Source of the DNA: Malacoraja senta
Taxonomy: Eukaryota
DNA length: 64,000 nucleotides
Assembly (NCBI GenBank): GCA_038087875.1
Contig: CM075980.1
Location: 69,998,001 to 70,062,000 of the forward strand
Direction: 5' to 3'
Shown here: positions 25,692 through 38,472 of the stretch, piece by piece
How positions within the stretch are numbered: the first letter of the stretch is position 1
Layout of the letters: each line of letters begins with the position of its first letter
Notes under the pieces: generated by a model
Databases searched by the model: none
What the model was told of the DNA's origin: nothing
The model's input: only the letters and a program-made list of their open reading frames with translations
Program-made: the position numbers and the translations under genes

Positions 25692-26542
25692 TCAAGGACA
25701 AAGGACAAAGGACATTTATTGTCACGTACACCAATTGGTGCAGTGAAATTTGAGTTACCATCGCAGCGCACAAATAAAATAAACACAACATTATAGAATT
25801 TAACATTAAACATTAAACATTAAAAAACATCCCCCTACAGCGGGATCAACGTTTCCCACCGTGAGGGAAGGCAGCAAAGTTCAGTCCTCCATGTTCACCC
25901 GTGGTCGGGGCCTATTTGAGGCCCTCCGCAATCGGCGCTACGGCGGCTCGATGTTTCAGGCCCTCTCGCCGGATGACGGAACACCGGCGTCGGAAGAACG
26001 CTCTCAGCGGCTTGGAATTCTGAAACGGTCGCTTGCTACCAGAGACCACGGCTCCCGAAGTCCACAGGCCACGCTGGGCGGTGCTCCAACACTGGCGATC
26101 TCGGCCAAAGATCCCAGGCTCGGCGGTGTTTAAAGTCAGCGCCGCCGCGGCTGGAAGCTCCACAGACCACAGCTCCACGATGTTGAAGTCGGCATTCCGA
26201 CAGCTCCACACAGCGACCCGGGTAAGGCATCGCCCCGCTCCGCGATGGTACCTCAGTGCTGAAGCTGCAGCTCGAAGCTCTGCCCGGTCTCCGGCAGGAA
26301 AGGCAGCACCAATCTGAATGGTAGGCCACGAGGAGGGGGCGAAGATGCGGCTAGGAGCAAGGACGCATCCCCACCCAGGTAGGGACTGGAAAAACCGGTT
26401 TCCCCCTTCCCACCCCATCCCCCACATAAAAAGACTAAAAGGCCTCCAGTACAAAACTTTTTAACAAACTAAAAATTAAAAAAAAGGGTGAAGAATGAAC
26501 AGCTGCAGGCGATGCTGCCACAATCTATGGCGCCACCACTCG
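25692..26542 (-). mobile_element. GC/CpG-rich non-coding retroposon with Rex1-type tail
   Basis: Tail aaatttcactgcaccaattggtgtacgtgacaataaa(TGTCCTT)n; homologous to 1263-1890, 38473-39355 and 40861-41150. Confidence 0.7.
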
Positions 26543-26667
26543 AACCTCACTGCAGTCGATTAGGACTTAAACAGTTGTATTATACTGCATTGGTCAGTTG
26601 ATAACAGATATTGGGCATAAATTGGCCAAAGAAATGATACAACAGATTGAAGTGAGTAATTGCAGTC

Positions 26668-27030
26668 AACAATGAAAGGCATAGATAGAGTGGATGTGGA
26701 AAGGATGTTTCCACTGGTGGGAGAATCCACGAGCAGAGGTCATAGCCTTAGAATTAAAGGGCACTCTTTTAGAAATGAGGCGAGGAGGAGCTTCTTTAGT
26801 CAGAGGGTAGTTAATCTGTGGAACTCATTGCCGCAGAGGGTTGTGGAGGCGAAGTCAGTGGATATTTTTAAGGCAGAGATGGATAAATTCTTGATTAGAA
26901 CAGGTGTCAAGGGTTATGGGTAAAAGGCAGGAAAATGGGATTAGGAGGCAGATCGGCAATGATTGACTGGCGGAGTGGACTCGATGGGCCGAATGACCTA
27001 ATTCTACTCCTATAACTTGTGAACTTGTGA
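26668..27030 (+). mobile_element. CR1 3' fragment
   Basis: MKGIDRVDVERMFPLVGES..FFSQRVVNLWNSLP. Confidence 0.92.
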
Positions 27031-27107
27031 ACATCTGAATTGTCAACTAAGCCATAAGTTGCACAGTGATGAGGCAGCCTCAGAAAGCAAGAACCCCCAG
27101 AGTCAGT

Positions 27108-27260
27108 GCAGGAACTGCAGATGCAGAGGGAAAACAGATTTAATGTTCACAGAAAGCAGACACAAAATGCTGGAGTAACTCAGTGGGTCAGGCAGCATCT
27201 GTGGAGAAAAGGAATAGGTGGCGTTTTGGGTCATGACCCTTTTTCAGACTGAGAGTCAGG
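27108..27260 (-). mobile_element. Penelope-derived terminal unit
   Basis: gacacaaaatgctggagtaactcag..gggtcatgaccctttttcagac. Confidence 0.75.
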
Positions 27261-28020
27261 TGGATTCCAGGGTCCCTTGGCTACTCCATGGGCCAGGAAG
27301 GCCCAAAGGAACATGTTGACCTCTGTGGTGATCTATCCTGAAGCATACCTAAGCTCTGTAACACCTTTTCGTACAATTATTTCATTGTCTATGAAGAGAT
27401 GCAATTGTCCATAATAAATTTTTACACTGGCAACTGATTAAAATGGATGGTGACAGAAAGGATTATGAGCAGTTGAATCCAGCCTGGCTTTTATCTTTCT
27501 GCAATTATAGCAAGACTGCTGAGACAGCAACTGAAATATTGTGCACAGATCTATCTAAGGGAGGGTATACTTACAATTGGGGGAGTGTGACAAATCTGTA
27601 CCAGACTGATTTATGGGATGGGAGATTTGTCCTATGAGGAGAGATTAAGGAAACTAAGCCTATGGTCTCCAGAATTTAGAAAGTGGGAAGTAATCTTATT
27701 GCAATGTACAAGATTCTTCTGTGTTTTTTCAGGGTAATTGAGTAGATGATGTTTCTTCAGGATAGGAAGTCTAGAATTAGAGGTCTTTGTCTGAAGATAA
27801 AGGGTTATAGCCTTTCAAGACAGAGGTAAGAAAAGGATTATTTATACGGAGTATGCTGAGAATTGAATTTCGATCCAAGCTCTTTGTGAAAGTTCAGTTG
27901 CTCTGTATATTCATAGAGTTATACGGCACAAGAACAGGCATTTCTGCTCAACTTGTCTAAGCTGATCAAGTTGTCTATCTGAGCTAGTCCCATTTGCCTA
28001 GATTTGTCCTGTATCTGTAG

Positions 28021-28320
28021 GGCGGCATGGTGGCGCAGCAGTGCAGTTGCTGCTTTACCACGCCAGAGACCCATGTTCGATCCTGACTACGGGTGCTGTT
28101 TGTACGGAGTTTGTACGATCTACCTCTGACCACGTGGGTTTTTTTTGGGATCTCCGGTTTCCTCCCACACTCCAAAGATTTACAGGTATGAAGGTTAATT
28201 GGCTTGCTATAATTGTAAATTGTCCCTGGTGTCTGTAGGATGATGTACGGTGTGATAGCTGGTCTGCGCGGACTCGGTGGGCCGAAGGGCCAGTTTCCGC
28301 GCTGTATCTCTCAACTCAAC
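28021..28320 (+). mobile_element. HE1-like V-SINE nested in a CR1 tail
   Basis: GGCGGCATGGTGGCGCAGC head, GTTCGATCC B box. Confidence 0.9.
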
Positions 28321-28999
28321 CAAACCCTTCCTATCCGTGTTCCTGTCTAAATGTCTTTTTAAACATTGTAATTCAAGTTAGAGATTGATAGGTTTTAAAA
28401 CAAATTCAGGGAAATGTGGTAAAAAGTCAGCCATGATTTTATGGGAAGGTAGAGCCAGCTCATGGGATTGAATGGTCTGCTCCTGCTTTTATTTGGCATA
28501 TTTTGTACTGCAAGATGGAAATAGCTTACCTTGCAATGGGTAAATTGCAATTAGTAAACTGTTCATCTGCAGTCTTGGTAGCTGCTTTGGTGGTAGCTCA
28601 CATGTTCAATCTTGCGTGAGATTCAGCAGGTTTTCATCCTCCTGTGTCCTGGTGGAATGCCTCTTTGTATCGCTTTGTATAGTTCAGTGATCACCCTTTG
28701 TCGGAGCCTGGAACATCTCCACAACACATTCCTCGGAGGAGGATTTGTTTACTGTATCTTCCATTGGGGAGCTATGTGCAATTAGGAAAAGATTTACAGC
28801 AGTGAGATGATTGGAGCCACTCTTGGGCCAGCTGCACAGTTATAAGCCGCACACTGTGGGAGATTTCTATGATCTCACATTGGGAGTGATCTGTGGAGGG
28901 GCACACAACCCCAGCAGAGGCAAGTATCTTGCTAGATGCCAGAGAAAGGTTCAGAGCTGATGTCCAAACTCTGCATGGAGACAGGAATGCTAATGAACG

Positions 29000-29205
29000 T
29001 ACCTTTTTCACACCAAGGAACAAGCTGCCAGAGGGGGTAGTTGAGGCAGGAATTATCCCAATGTTTAAGAAACGGTTAGACAGGTACATGGATAGGACAG
29101 GTTTGGAGGGGTTATGGACCAAACACGGGGCAGGTGGGACTAGTGTAGTTGGGACAAGTTGGCTGGTGTGGGCAAGTTGTTTCCACATTGTATCTCTCTA
29201 TGACT
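29000..29205 (+). mobile_element. CR1 3' fragment
   Basis: NKLPEGVVEAG..FKKRLDRYMD. Confidence 0.8.
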
Positions 29206-29234
29206 TTATCCCCAACCTGAAACATTAACCGTTA

Positions 29235-29755
29235 CAGGTTGGACACCGATTTTCCGGCAATGAATGGTCTGCACAACCCCTATAATCCGGGTAAAATTAC
29301 GAGAGCTCAGTTGAAACTCTCTGAGCGGCCACAGATGACATTGCGGGTGTCGAGTGCTCTTCATGGCCGTGTTCTTCCGACGAGAAAGAATCAACCATGG
29401 TCTCAATCTTCTCTCCTCACTGTTGCACAAAGACAATACGGAAATCTCTTGTTTTAACGGCCCCCTTATAAAAGATGTCAGATATAGCGGTAAGATGGGA
29501 GTGGGGTCGGAAGCCGGGACTCCAGACGGGCGGGGAGACGGTGGAGGCCGGGGATGGGTCGCAGGTCATTCCATTCACATTCATTTTACATCTGATACTT
29601 GTTTTATTTATGTTTCTGGCACTGCATGGTGCTTTAGAGGCACGGGAGGGGCGTATTGTTGTTTCATTATCATGTGACCTATGTGGGTCCAGAAAAACGG
29701 ATAATCCAGAAAGGCTCTGGAACCGAGGATGCTGGAAAATCGCTGTTCAAACCTG
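29235..29755. mobile_element. Tigger/pogo-like MITE (Tc1/mariner), 521 bp
   Basis: TIRs CAGGTTGGACACCGATTTTCCGGCA and (reverse complement) CAGGTTTGAACAGCGATTTTCCAGCA; TA on both sides. Confidence 0.8.
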
Positions 29756-29854
29756 TACTCTATTCACCAATAGTGGGTGCCCTGCTGAAGCATTTTCTGT
29801 TTTAGCTTCAGATTTCTGCGCTCTTTTGAGTACTAACCATTGACCACAAGCTCA

Positions 29855-30211
29855 CTCCCATCTGGAGGGTCGGGGGGGGGGGGAGGTCTCCCTGTCGATC
29901 TGCTCTTGGGCCTGGCCAAAATGGCCAATCGCGGGTCCAGGCTGCGGGTAGTCGACAGCCACACTGGGATCGGCTGCCTGCCCCTTTTCCAGGCCTACGT
30001 CCGTGCCCGCGTGTGCCACGGGGACTTTGGAGGCCTTCCGTGAACGCTGGTCGCTGCGGGAGGTCGAGTGTATTGTTGATAAAGTTGGCAATATATTAAT
30101 TTGATGACTGTTTGTTTGTAAACTAAATATAGGCAGCCTTTGATCGTGTTAATACTTCTGTATGTTTGTTTTTATTTTCTGAATAAAAGTATTTGTATAT
30201 ATATAAAAAAA
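29855..30211 (+). mobile_element. Tx1-clade LINE 3' end
   Basis: DLLLGLAKMA..CLPLFQAYVRARV..EAFRERW..ECIV..GNILI*, AATAAA, A-rich tail. Confidence 0.75.
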
Positions 30212-30283
30212 CAATCTGTCAGCTGAACGACCGTTGCTGGAGGCTAACGATAGAACGATAGGTCTGCTGGAGTACTTTTTTGA

Positions 30284-30530
30284 CCTGGGTTCGATCGTCT
30301 GTATGCGGTTTGTATGTCCTCCCCGTGACCTGCGTGGGTTTTCGCCGCGATCTTCGGTTTCCTCCCACACTTCAAAGACGTACAGGTTTGTAGGTTAATT
30401 GGCTTAGTATAAATGTAACTTGTCCCTAGTGTGTGTAGGATAGTGTTAATGTCTGGGAATCACTGGTCGGTGCAGACTTGGTGGGCCGAAGGGCCTGTTT
30501 CCCTGCTGTACCTCTGAACTGAACTAAAAT
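30284..30530 (+). mobile_element. HE1-like V-SINE (5'-truncated)
   Basis: B box, V-domain, tail. Confidence 0.85.
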
Positions 30531-30984
30531 AGACTAAACTTGGAGGGTCATTTCACAGCAACTAACAAAATCCTGGCCAGGAATAATTTCTGAGCAGCTG
30601 GAGATCAGATCCTTTCCTGAACTAATTTTGAACTTCTGCTGAATATCAGCTGAATTTTAAGCATGCAGGATGGTGAGGTGAACGCTTTATCTGTCCCAGG
30701 TTCAGTTAAGTAGACGTTTCATTTGCAGTTTCCACCCACTCTGTTGTTGGGGCTGAGGAATAGCTGACTGTGTGTTCTTACACCACTTAGACCATGACTG
30801 GGAATGGCTGATTGCAAAACAATCCCTGAGAGAGGTATCTAATCGAACTCTAAAATAACTCGCCGCAAGGTTTTATAGATGTATTTAGATAAACAGTGTG
30901 GTGGATAAATGAAGAGATATCAGAAGCCAATTTCATGAGTTTGATTTGATGTTTATTAACTGTGATCTGAACAAAGTTTATTGC

Positions 30985-32100
30985 TGACCTCTGACCGACA
31001 TCCACTATAAACCTACTGACTCCCATGGCTATATAGACTACTCTTCTTCCCATCCTGCTTCCTGTAAGGACTCCATCCAATACTCCCAATTCCTCCATCT
31101 ACGCCGCATCTGCTCCCAGGATGAGGTTCCACACCAGGGCATCGGAAATGTCCTCATTCTTCAGGGAACGGGGGTTCCCCATCCCTACTATAGATGAGGC
31201 TCTCACCAGGGTCTCTTCCATACCCCGTAACACTGCTCTCTCTCCCCATCCCCCCACTCGTAACAAGGGCAGAGTCCCCCTAGTCCTCACCTTTCACCCC
31301 ACTAGCCGTCACATACCACAAATAGTCCTCCGTCATTTTCGCCACCTCCAACGTGACCCCACCACTCGCCACATCTTCCCATCTCCCCCCCCCCTGTCTG
31401 CTTTCCGCAAAGACCGCTCCCTGGTCAATTCTTCCCTTCCCTCCCGCACCACCCCCTCCCCGGGCACTTTCCCTTGCAACCGCAAGAGGTGCTACACCTG
31501 TAGCTTTACCTCCCCCCTCCATTCAAGGACCCAAGCAGTCGTTCCAGGTGCGACAGAGGATCACCTGCATCTCCTCCAACCTCATCTATTGCATCCTCTG
31601 CTCTAGATGTCAGCTGATCTACATCGGTGAGACCAAGCGTAGGCTTGGCGATCGTTTCGCCGAACACCTCCGCTCGGTCCGCATTAACCAACCTGATCTC
31701 CCAGTGGCTCAGCACTTCAACTCCCCCTCCCATTCTGAATCCGACCTCTCTGTCCTGGGCCTCCTCCATGGCCAGAGTGAGCACCACCGGAAATTTGAGG
31801 AGCAGCACCTCACACCTGCCTTGGGCAGTCTACACCCTAGCGGCATAAACATTGAATTCACCAATTTCCGGTAGCCCTTGCTGTCTCCTCCCCTTCCAGC
31901 TCTCCCTCAGCCCTCGGGCTCCTCCTCTTCCTTTTTCCTTTCTTCTCCCCATCCCCCCCCCCCCCCCCCCACCCTACATCAGTCTGAAGAAGGGTTTCGG
32001 CCCGAAACTTTGCCTATTTCCTTCGCTCCATAGATGCTGCTGCACCCGCTGAGTTTCTCCAGCACTTTTGTCTACCTTCGATTTTCCAGCATCTGCACTT
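30985..32100 (+). mobile_element. Penelope-like element (Neptune-like), 5'-truncated: RT thumb, Cys linker, GIY-YIG endonuclease, terminal repeat with hammerhead motif
   Basis: YKPTDSHGYIDYSSSHP, RVPLVLTFHP, CNRKRCYTC, NLIYCILCSRCQLIYIGETKRRLGDRFAEH, VAQHFN; CTGAAGAAGGGTTTCGGCCCGAAAC at 31984; frameshifted. Confidence 0.92.
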
Positions 32101-32227
32101 CTTAAAAATGTTTATTGAACTATTATTATTACTACCAGGCACTACATGCTAATGGACACCTCCAGCTCAGGTTTAGGTTTAGGGTTTATTATTATTACAT
32201 GTATTAAGGTACAGTTAAAAGCCATGT

Positions 32228-32543
32228 TTAGTTTGGTTTAGTTTGGTCTGGAGTTACAGCGTGGAAACAGGCTCATCGGCCCACCAAGTTCGCGCTGACC
32301 AGCGATCTCCGTACACTAACACTATCCTACATACACTAGGAACAATTTATAATTTTACCAAGCCAATCAGATGACTAACTTGTACATCTTTGGAATGTGG
32401 GAAAAAAACAGAGCTCCCAGAGAAAACCCACGTAGGTCACAGGGAGAAGACACAAACTCCATACAGACAGCATCTGTAGTCAGGATCGAACCCGGGTCTC
32501 TGTCTCTGTAAGGTGGTAACTCTACTGCTGTGCCACTGTGCTG
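32228..32543 (-). mobile_element. V-SINE inserted in a Rex1-type 3'UTR (32170-32690)
   Basis: Rex-type tail continues on both sides, with AAACA flanks. Confidence 0.85.
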
Positions 32544-32745
32544 CCTGTTTTGCATGCTGACCAAACAGATTCGATTTACAATACATACAGTAGATACACT
32601 CAGTTCAATCTCAAGTACATTGGATAGAGCAAGGGGGAAGATACAGTGTGCAAAATAATGTTCTCAGCATTGTGGTGCATTGTAGCGCACCAGTTCCTTG
32701 TTTCTCTCCATGAGATATGCCACTAAGATCCAAGGGATATGCCAC

Positions 32746-33066
32746 TAACATAGAAACATAGAAAATAGGTGCAGGAGTAGGCCATTCGGCCCTTCGAGCC
32801 TGCACCGCCATTCAATATGATCATGGCTGATCACCCAACTCAGTATCCTGTACCTGCCATACCCCCTGATCCTTTTAGCCACAAGGGCCACATCTAACTC
32901 CTTCTTAAATATAGACAATGAACTGGCCTCAACTACCTTCTGTGGCAGAGAGTTCCAGAGATTCACCACTCTCTGTGTGAAAATGTTTTTCTCATCTCGG
33001 TCCTAAAGGATTTCCCCTTTATCCTTAAACTGTGACCCCTTGTCCTGGATTTCCTCAACATCGGGA
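32746..33066 (-). mobile_element. CR1 3' fragment, same subfamily as 6160-7127
   Basis: VNLWNSLPQKVVEASSL; (TTTCTATG)n tail. Confidence 0.92.
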
Positions 33067-34591
33067 TCCATAGCCCGAGAAATAAACCATGGACCACGAT
33101 ATCGGCCTTCCAAGTTTCAGGTTAATTGGTGCCTGCCTTTGCCTGAAGTGGCAGCGGGCCTGCCGATGACAGTGAATTGGTCAGCAGGTGCTTGCATTTT
33201 GCTGTTATGGCCAGGACTGTCTTCAGGACATCCATGGGCACCATTGTGTGTGTGTATCAGCCCACGTCACCTTCCATCTGGGAAGAAGAATTTGAATTAA
33301 ATTACAGTGTTGAATGAACTTCCCGTTGAAGTTTGCCTTGGATAAGGGATGAGGCCATTCAAGTCCTTGAGCCTGTTAATCTCATTTAATGCTCTATAGT
33401 GCTCTATAGTGTAGGGAATTCAATCCAAGTCTATGTAATCTCCCTCATAATCTAACACTTGAAGACCTGATTGCATTTTATAGGAATTTGCAATTTCTAT
33501 GGATTTCTTGGCAATCGAAAGTAAAGTAATCAACATTCATGTTTGCGTTCCACTGTTTGGTTTAGGGTTATGGTTAATCAAGGACAGCTGGTTGTGAAAT
33601 TAGGACATCTCCAGAATAAAAGGACATTGTAACCTGAGAGGCTCTATGTTGAGAGGATCTACAAAAAAATCCTCTAGTTATATCTTTATATCTGACCATT
33701 GCACCTCAGTGATCTGGCCACATACAGTCATAGAATAATACAGCATAGAAACAGGCCCTTCGGCTCAACGCCCACTTCTAGAAATATAGAAACATAGAAA
33801 ATAGATGCAGGAGGCCATTTGGCGCTTCGAGTCTGCACTGCCATTCATTGTGATCATGGCTGATCCACAATCAGTAACCTGTGTCTGCCTTCTCCCCATA
33901 TCCCTTGATTCCGTTAGCCTCATACAAACTAGTCCCATTTGCCTGCTTTTGGCCCATATCCCTCTAAACCCACCCTATCCATATACATGTCTAAATGTTT
34001 CTTAAATTGTTCCTTTAATTCTCTTTGAACCTCAGCACTCCATGGATTTTCATCACTTAATTGTGATACAATATTTGATTTGCAATGGAGATCCTTGCGT
34101 TCAAATTGAAGGATCAGCACCTCATATTCCACTTGGGCAGCTCATGTTGGCTTGCATTCAGTTTAAGATCTTTTTAGATTTTTTCTCACTTTATGCACAT
34201 TCACTTAATCTCTTTGATTGTCCATTGTTCTGCAACCTCTGTGGTACAACTAATAGGGTTGCTGTCTCACAGCTCGATAAGGTCAGGTTCAATCCTGACC
34301 TCTGGTTGTGGCTGTGTGAGGTTTGCACGTTCTCCTTGCAACCATGTGGGCTTCCTCCAGGTGCTCTGGTTTCTGCTCACATCCCAAAGACAAGCAAGTC
34401 AGTAGATTTCTGATGGTGTGTAGGTGAGTGGTAGAATCTGGCTGGGAGTTGATGGGAATGTGGGGAAATTAAAAAGCATGAATAGAAATGTGTGTCTCAT
34501 GGCCGGTTAAGCCCCTTCTCCATATTAGTGGACATTGCTACCATCAAAGTAATTTCATGATTGTGAAGATAGACACAAAGTGCTGGAGTTA

Positions 34592-34950
34592 AGGGCCTGT
34601 CCGACTGACGTGACTTTACANNNNNNNNNNNNNNNNNNNNNNNNNNNNNNNNNNNNNNNNNNNNNNNNNNNNNNNNNNNNNNNNNNNNNNNNNNNNNNNN
34701 NNNNNNNNNNNNNNNNNNNNNNNNNNNNNNNNNNNNNNNNNNNNNNNNNNNNNNNNNNNNNNNNNNNGGGGGCCAGGGAAAGCGGGGGAGCACTGTCTGA
34801 AATTCACACCCGCGATGAACAGGAAGGTAAAAGACGGCTGACACAGTTCGGTAATTCCTTTAGGGAGTGCAGAAGGGGGGGGGGGGGAGAAGGAGACACT
34901 TTTAAGAAGCCAGACAACGTTTAATAAAGTTTAGCAGCCATTCTTACCTT
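34592..34950. mobile_element. PIF/Harbinger MITE left end running into an assembly gap
   Basis: TTA|AGGGCCTGTCC, as in the other three MITEs; no right TIR seen. Confidence 0.55.
34621..34767. other. Assembly gap (147 N)
   Basis: Run of n. Confidence 1.
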
Positions 34951-35029
34951 TTTTTTCTCAACGAGTTTTACCTTCGATTAACTGATTGACTTTGACTACC
35001 TAAAAATAGCATTATGAGGGAGTGCATTG

Positions 35030-35430
35030 CTACTTGAAATTAGATAAATCAACGTTTATACTGCTGGGTTGTGAGCTATGTGAAGTATGAGATGCTGTCC
35101 CTTCAATTTGCATCTGGCCTTACTGTGACAGTGAAGGAGGCCGAGGACAGAAAGGTCAGTAGGGGAATGCAAAGGAGAGTTTAAATGTTTGGAAACTAGG
35201 AGATCACGTAGGCCAAGACGTAAATGTTCAACGAATCGATCGACCAGTCTGCGCTTGGTCTCGCCGATATATAGGAGCCCACACCGAGAACATCAAATAC
35301 AGTAGATGAGGTTGGAGGAGGTGCAAGTGAACCTCGGTCTCACCTGAAAGGACTGTCGGGGACCCTGGATGGAGTCGAGGGAGGAGGTATGAGGACAGGT
35401 GTTGCATCTCCTGCGGTTGCAGGGAAAAGT
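35030..35430 (-). mobile_element. Penelope GIY-YIG remnant
   Basis: Reverse complement encodes CNRRRCNTC..SSNLIYCI*CSRCGLLYIGETKRRL. Confidence 0.85.
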
Positions 35431-35789
35431 TTGTGAATCTCTTTCAACCTTTCGAAAAGACGGTAAAACTGTCGAAAATTAAAAATACTGTACAAATGCG
35501 CAGAATTTCTTTTAAAGAGGTAAAAAATTTAAATAAATGGAAAAAAAACTAAATGCATTTGTATCAACTCAATTAAATATAAAAAAGAAATTACCCTGTG
35601 TTCACCTTCCTCTCTGCAGCTGTTCCTTTCAAATGAAATGAATGAGTCCACTGGACCTTTGCCATGTGAACCTGGCACAATCTCAACAAAGAGATTTCAT
35701 AGTCTCCGTATTGGGATTAGCTGTGGTTGGCACTCCTCCATTAGCCTCTGTGAGTCGTTAGCCTGAGAGCACTTGATGGGAGACCAGGT

Positions 35790-36462
35790 CCTGGTTGCTA
35801 ACTATCTTGATTCCCCTTCCCATTCCCATACCAAGCTTTTTGGCCTCCTCCATTGCTAGAGTGAGGCCACATGCAAACTGGATGAACAACACCTCTTATT
35901 CTGCATGGGTAGCTTTCAACCCAATGCCATGAACACTGAATTCTTCAATTTCAAGCAATAACCTCTCTAAACCCCCCTCTGGCCCCCCACCACCCCTGTA
36001 CACTCATTTGTCCCACCTTGTACCAGCGCCCTAGTCACCCTGCTTCTTGCCATCCTCTAGCTATTCATCTCCCGTCACCGATTGTCATATGCCTCCTTCA
36101 TTCCCTCTCTTTCCCCTTCCCCCTATCCCCTTCCATATATATTCCTCCTTCCGGTTTTACATTTCACTCCTCCTCTTCTTTCCTTATGTGACAGGCCTTT
36201 GCCTCCTTTTCACCTCTGACCTTTGTCACTTACTCCACCATCTGCTTATCACCCATCACCTGCATCCACTACTTGCCAGGTTTTGTCTCAATTCCAACCT
36301 CATTTATCAGTTTTCTTCCCCCTCCTCCATTAGTTTGAAGAAGGGACCCGACTCGAAACGTCGTCTGTCCATTCCCTCCACAGATGCTATCTGATCCGTT
36401 GAGTTCCTATGCCACTTTGTTTTTGTGCTGAAGAATCCAGCATCTCTGCAGTTTCTTGTGTC
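35790..36462 (+). mobile_element. Penelope 3' remnant with hammerhead motif
   Basis: KLDEQHLLFCMGSFQPNAMNTEFFNF; tTGAAGAAGGGACCCGACTCGAAACGTC at about 36335-36362. Confidence 0.8.
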
Positions 36463-36867
36463 ACCAGATTTCTGCGTTCGTCCAGAGTCCCCAACATCGA
36501 TAAAATTACGTGGGTGTAAGCCGTCAGTTCTGAATAGAACTGCTTTTAAGCAGAAGGTCTGAGTCAATTCTTGTCTGGCAATATTATTTGTACATAATAC
36601 CATTGGTAATTCCTGTTGGCTTTCTATAATCAGCTCAAAGCTGTCTGACTGTCACACTGTCCTTGATTACAGATTCCAATAACTTGTTTTTCCCTAACTG
36701 ATTAAACTGAAAAATCTCTACTGAGGCAGACAGCATCTGACAGAATGTTTCAGTTAAAATATTGAATTAATCCAAAATCACGTTCAGAAAACAAAACAAA
36801 GAGAAGGAAAGAATAATGGGATTAAAAGAAATAGATCAATAAGAGATATAACAATTTTACTTTTAAC

Positions 36868-37200
36868 TGCACAGTGGTGCAGCAGTAGAGTTGCTGCCTT
36901 ACGGCGCTTGCAGTGCCAGAGACCCGGGTTCGATCCAGACTATGGGTGCGGTGTGTCCGGAGTTTGTACGTTCTCCTCGTGACCGTGTGGGTTTTCTCCA
37001 AGATCTTTGGTTTGCTCCCACATTCCAAAGATGTACAGGTTTGTAGGTTAATTGGCTTGAGTTTGTATACTTGGTATAAGTGTAAATTGTCCCTAGTTTG
37101 TATAGGCTTGTGTTAATGTGCGGGGATCACTGGTCGGTGTGGACTCGGTGGGCCGAATGGCCTGTTTCCACAGTGTATCTCTAAACTAAACTAAACTAAA
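36868..37200 (+). mobile_element. HE1-like V-SINE
   Basis: Full length with (CTAAA)n. Confidence 0.92.
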
Positions 37201-37416
37201 ATATGTTTTTTAATTTCCTACAATAACTAATATCTTAAGGGAAAAGTTATTTTACAACGCTAAAGGACTTGTTTGATTATAATTAAGATTTAATAATTTA
37301 GTTGCTTGGATTGGGTAATAATTTTCACTTTTAGGCATGCCCCAAGTTATGACAGGGGTCTGTATCTGAGAATAGCAGGCATGAGAAGAGTGACCACCAG
37401 TCAGCTTCATTGACTT

Positions 37417-37515
37417 TAAGATAGACATAAAATTCTGGAGCAACTCTATGGGTCAAGCAGCATCTCTGGAGAAAAGGAATAGGTGACATTTCAGGTTGGA
37501 AGCCTTCCTCAGACT
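37417..37515 (-). mobile_element. Penelope-derived terminal unit
   Basis: gatagacataaaattctggag..ggtgacatttcagg..cttcctcagac. Confidence 0.7.
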
Positions 37516-38472
37516 GCACTGGCCTCATTGACTCATTGGGTGAGTGAGGCTGCTCATTGAGTGAGTGAGGCTGTGCTCCCAGCTCTGCTCAGCTCCACCT
37601 AATTGTTACTTTTCTTGGTAGGTCATCTTGGTAGGCATGGATAAGTTGGGCTGAAGGAATTGTTTCCATGCTATATGACGCTATGACCCTTGGTGCAATA
37701 AATTCCCCATGGAATATTGTTATTTAAAAACAATGGAAAAGATAAATTATAAATTATAGTTTGTTCCAGTTAATTAGAATCCAATACCACCCTCTAGTAT
37801 TATAAAGTAACTTTTCAAATGTGATGTCACTTTCCTTCGGATTTTAATTGCTGCAGGAAATTTATAAAATGTTTTAGTAAATTAATGTCTCTTTTACCCA
37901 CCTCTTTTAACCCTCGTTGTTATTTCCCCCATTTTGTTTTGTTTTCTCTACTCGATTTGGGATTAATTAAATGGCTTACCTGAAAGTTTTTTGTTAGATA
38001 CTATCTGACCTCAGTAAAGATTCTTCAGTTTAAGCTGTGGGAAAAGTGCACATTATATTACAACATCTCTACTAAGCGAGTTGTAGGAATCCATAATTAA
38101 GGATAGTGCAATTCAACACTTGGAGCTGATTATAAAGGGTGAACATGAATTTACAAATGATAAGGAGAGAGAGAATGATAAGTTGGTGCAGCGGTAGAAT
38201 TGCTGCCTTGGGTTTCTATAATTGGTATTGGTGTAAATTATCCCTAGTGTGAGTATTGTTAATGTGGAGGGATCGTTGGTTGGTGCGGACTGGATGGGCC
38301 AAAGGGACTGTTTCCCAGAGAACCCAGAGGCCCGGGTTTAATCTGACTACGGATGCTGTCTGTTTGTACATTCTCCCCGTAACCTGCATGGGTTTTCTCC
38401 GGTTGCTCCAGTTTCCTCCACAATCCAAGGTCATAAAGTTTGTACGCTGATTGGCTTGGTAAAATTGTCCCT

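Noticed and set aside
26310-26345. Minus-strand CCTCCTCGTGG resembling the P3/L3 of HDV-like ribozymes, with a possible P1 partner GTGGTGG at the element start
   Set aside because: No GG for P1.1 after the putative P1, the outer P3 pair is mismatched, and the arrangement is not preserved in homologous copies at 1.4 kb and 39.2 kb
28021-28090. tRNA-like sequence with A and B boxes
   Set aside because: Head of a V-SINE repeated about 20 times in the window; not a tRNA gene
35620-35749. Possible exon (ctctgcag| ... |gtgagt) with one open frame
   Set aside because: Peptide (LFLSNEMNESTGPLPCEPG...) is unrecognisable and has no partner exons; cannot be supported without RNA data
38183-38470. V-SINE with scrambled order of parts
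   Set aside because: Explained by a SINE 3' fragment inserted into another SINE; ordinary nesting
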